A stretch of 63,651 bases of DNA, counting the filler, from Octopus bimaculoides (Eukaryota), in NCBI RefSeq assembly GCF_001194135.2. It is 4 parts of 4 records of this genome, joined end to end, with 100 filler letters (N's around TTAATTAATTAA, not from the genome) between each part and the next. Parts side by side here need not be neighbours in the genome. Positions count along the whole stretch, not along the records: positions 59,576 to 63,651 come from NC_068996.1; 3 more parts are not named here. One strand, 5' to 3'. The notes under the pieces are model-generated. The model saw only the letters and a list, made by a program, of their open reading frames with translations, was not told the origin of the DNA and ran no database searches. Of this stretch, positions 62,026 to 63,651 are shown piece by piece. Positions within the stretch are counted from its first letter, which is position 1, and each line of letters starts with the position of its first letter. A program made the translations under genes and the position numbers.

Positions 62026-63057
62026 TTAATAGTTTCTAGTAGAATCGTTAATACGCCGGGCAAAAATACTGAGCGGCACCTCGTCCGTCTTTCTTTTCTG
62101 AGTTCAGATTCCGCTGAGGGCGATAAAATAAGTACCAGTTGTGCAATGGGATCGATGTAATCGACTCAACTTTTACCCCGAAATTGCTGGCCTTGTGCCA
62201 AAATTTGAAACCGATATTTTAAAGATTGGTAGTAAATGTTTTATTAGGTGCTGAGTATTATACGAAGCCACCAAATGGCAATTCGCGGTTTTCCATACGT
62301 TGATGTAATAAAATATATGGAAGAAAGAATCGCTATTCTTCGTGTTCTTTTGCCCTGGGTCTGAAGCATTCTAGCTGTGAGCGACACTTTTGTTTCATGG
62401 AATATTCTGCAATCGTCTCTCTTTCTTCTTTGTTTTGTTTACTTTTGTTTTTGTTTTTGTTTTTCAAGACTGTACAGGATGTATACGGTGAGGGACATTT
62501 GTCTGCTATTTCCACCAGACGGAACAATTTCATAAAGATTCCACCCTGAACTGTTGTAGACCAAGAAGTGATCTCTTGGTAAGCCGAAGCTGGAAAGAGA
62601 CAGTGTCGTGGGTGAGAGATCTCAATTCGCTTAAACTTAACCCGAACCCTAAACGCTATGGTTGAAATCACCGAGCATGTTTCTCAAGGTGCGAAAAGCT
62701 GCCCTTTCCTTGTTGGCCTTGTGATGATTGCAAAACAAGCAGCAGAAAAATATACTTTCACAAAATTAAAATGGCTTTAAAACTTTTTAAAGTTGTCCAT
62801 CATCATAATGATTGAATAAGAATTATACACTGGGGACAGAGACTACGAAATTTCTATTATTATTTCTAGGCTGATGGGGCTGGTATTTGTCAAGTTATTC
62901 AACCACTGCAACATACCCACTCATCCGAAAACGTGTATCCTTAATATTTCTACTATCGATTGCTATTGTGAAGTTTGTTTCAGCTGTTGCTGTCGGCGAC
63001 GTCATCGTCATCGTTGTTGTTATTGTTGTTGTTGCTGCTGCTTCTGCTGCTGCTGAT

Positions 63058-63105
63058 ATTGATGATGATGATGATGATGATGACGACGACGACGACGACG
63101 ACGAC

Positions 63106-63144
<39 letters not shown>
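63058..63144. repeat. (GAT/GAC)n trinucleotide repeat
   Basis: Read directly from the sequence. Confidence 0.97.
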
Positions 63145-63651
63145 AAATTGTTTTTCCTAGCCCTTTGTCAACTCTATCTGAGCCGACCTATGATCATTGA
63201 TGTCCCTGTTATGAGGCCCTGATCTTTTAATCTGTATCTAGGCCTACATTTGCCAGTTACAACTAATTTCACTGTTATTGTGACTGCATAAAAAACTTCT
63301 TCAGCCTAGCGGAAGAAGTAGCAGTCGCGTTTCGCCGTGCGATGCGCTCTGCTTCAACCAACTATCGTTGTTGATGCTGCTGTTGTGTTTATGACTACGG
63401 GTGTATAAAATTTACTCTTAATTGATCTTCTTATTAGTTTGTCTAGTAGGTTCATAAGGCTTGAAATTACTTGAGGCTGCAGTTAAGAGCAGAGACCTAA
63501 TTTGCCAAAATGGGAGATCAAACTTGTGAAACAGAGACGATGAATTTCTTAATTCCTTTAAGTACACGCCGGGTAACTGATTGAAAAATGAGTTCTCCTT
63601 CCAGGACCAAGGAGCTAGAAAACATGTCATCAATGCAAAGGTGATTTGTTT

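Noticed and set aside
61837-62160. Poly-His / poly-Ser-Pro ORFs
   Set aside because: They come from a (CAT/CAC)n microsatellite with no flanking domain and run into a SINE.
62874-63222. Poly-Asp / poly-Met ORFs
   Set aside because: They come from a (GAT/GAC)n microsatellite.

Overview
AT-rich, microsatellite- and SINE-dense eukaryotic DNA with many N gaps. The repeat families and intron-rich genes suggest an animal, most likely an octopod cephalopod; this is inferred from recalled repeat patterns, not from a search. The central segment (29477-50358) holds three spliced genes that I assembled by hand. (1) BPNT1, a 3'(2'),5'-bisphosphate nucleotidase on +, with 5 exons found and the 5' exons missing. 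(2) An uncharacterised small C3HC4 RING + TRAF-type zinc-finger protein on -, with 3 firm exons and an uncertain first exon. (3) An RNase T2 on +, with 7 firm exons; its signal-peptide exon and terminal exon are unresolved. This segment is bounded by 100-bp assembly spacers (N44-TTAATTAATTAA-N44), which probably explains the truncations and makes adjacency across them uncertain. The rest is mostly decayed mobile DNA: Penelope-like, RTE and CR1-like LINEs, a Gypsy gag-protease remnant, Tc1/mariner, hAT elements and MITEs, two Merlin (IS1595-like) transposase relics and four SINE families. There are also several perfect hairpins and a few orphan exon candidates. There are no CRISPR arrays, rRNA or intact tRNA genes. 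I found no clearly novel biological system. The best leads are the RING-TRAF gene, the RNase T2 peculiarities and the foldback structures.
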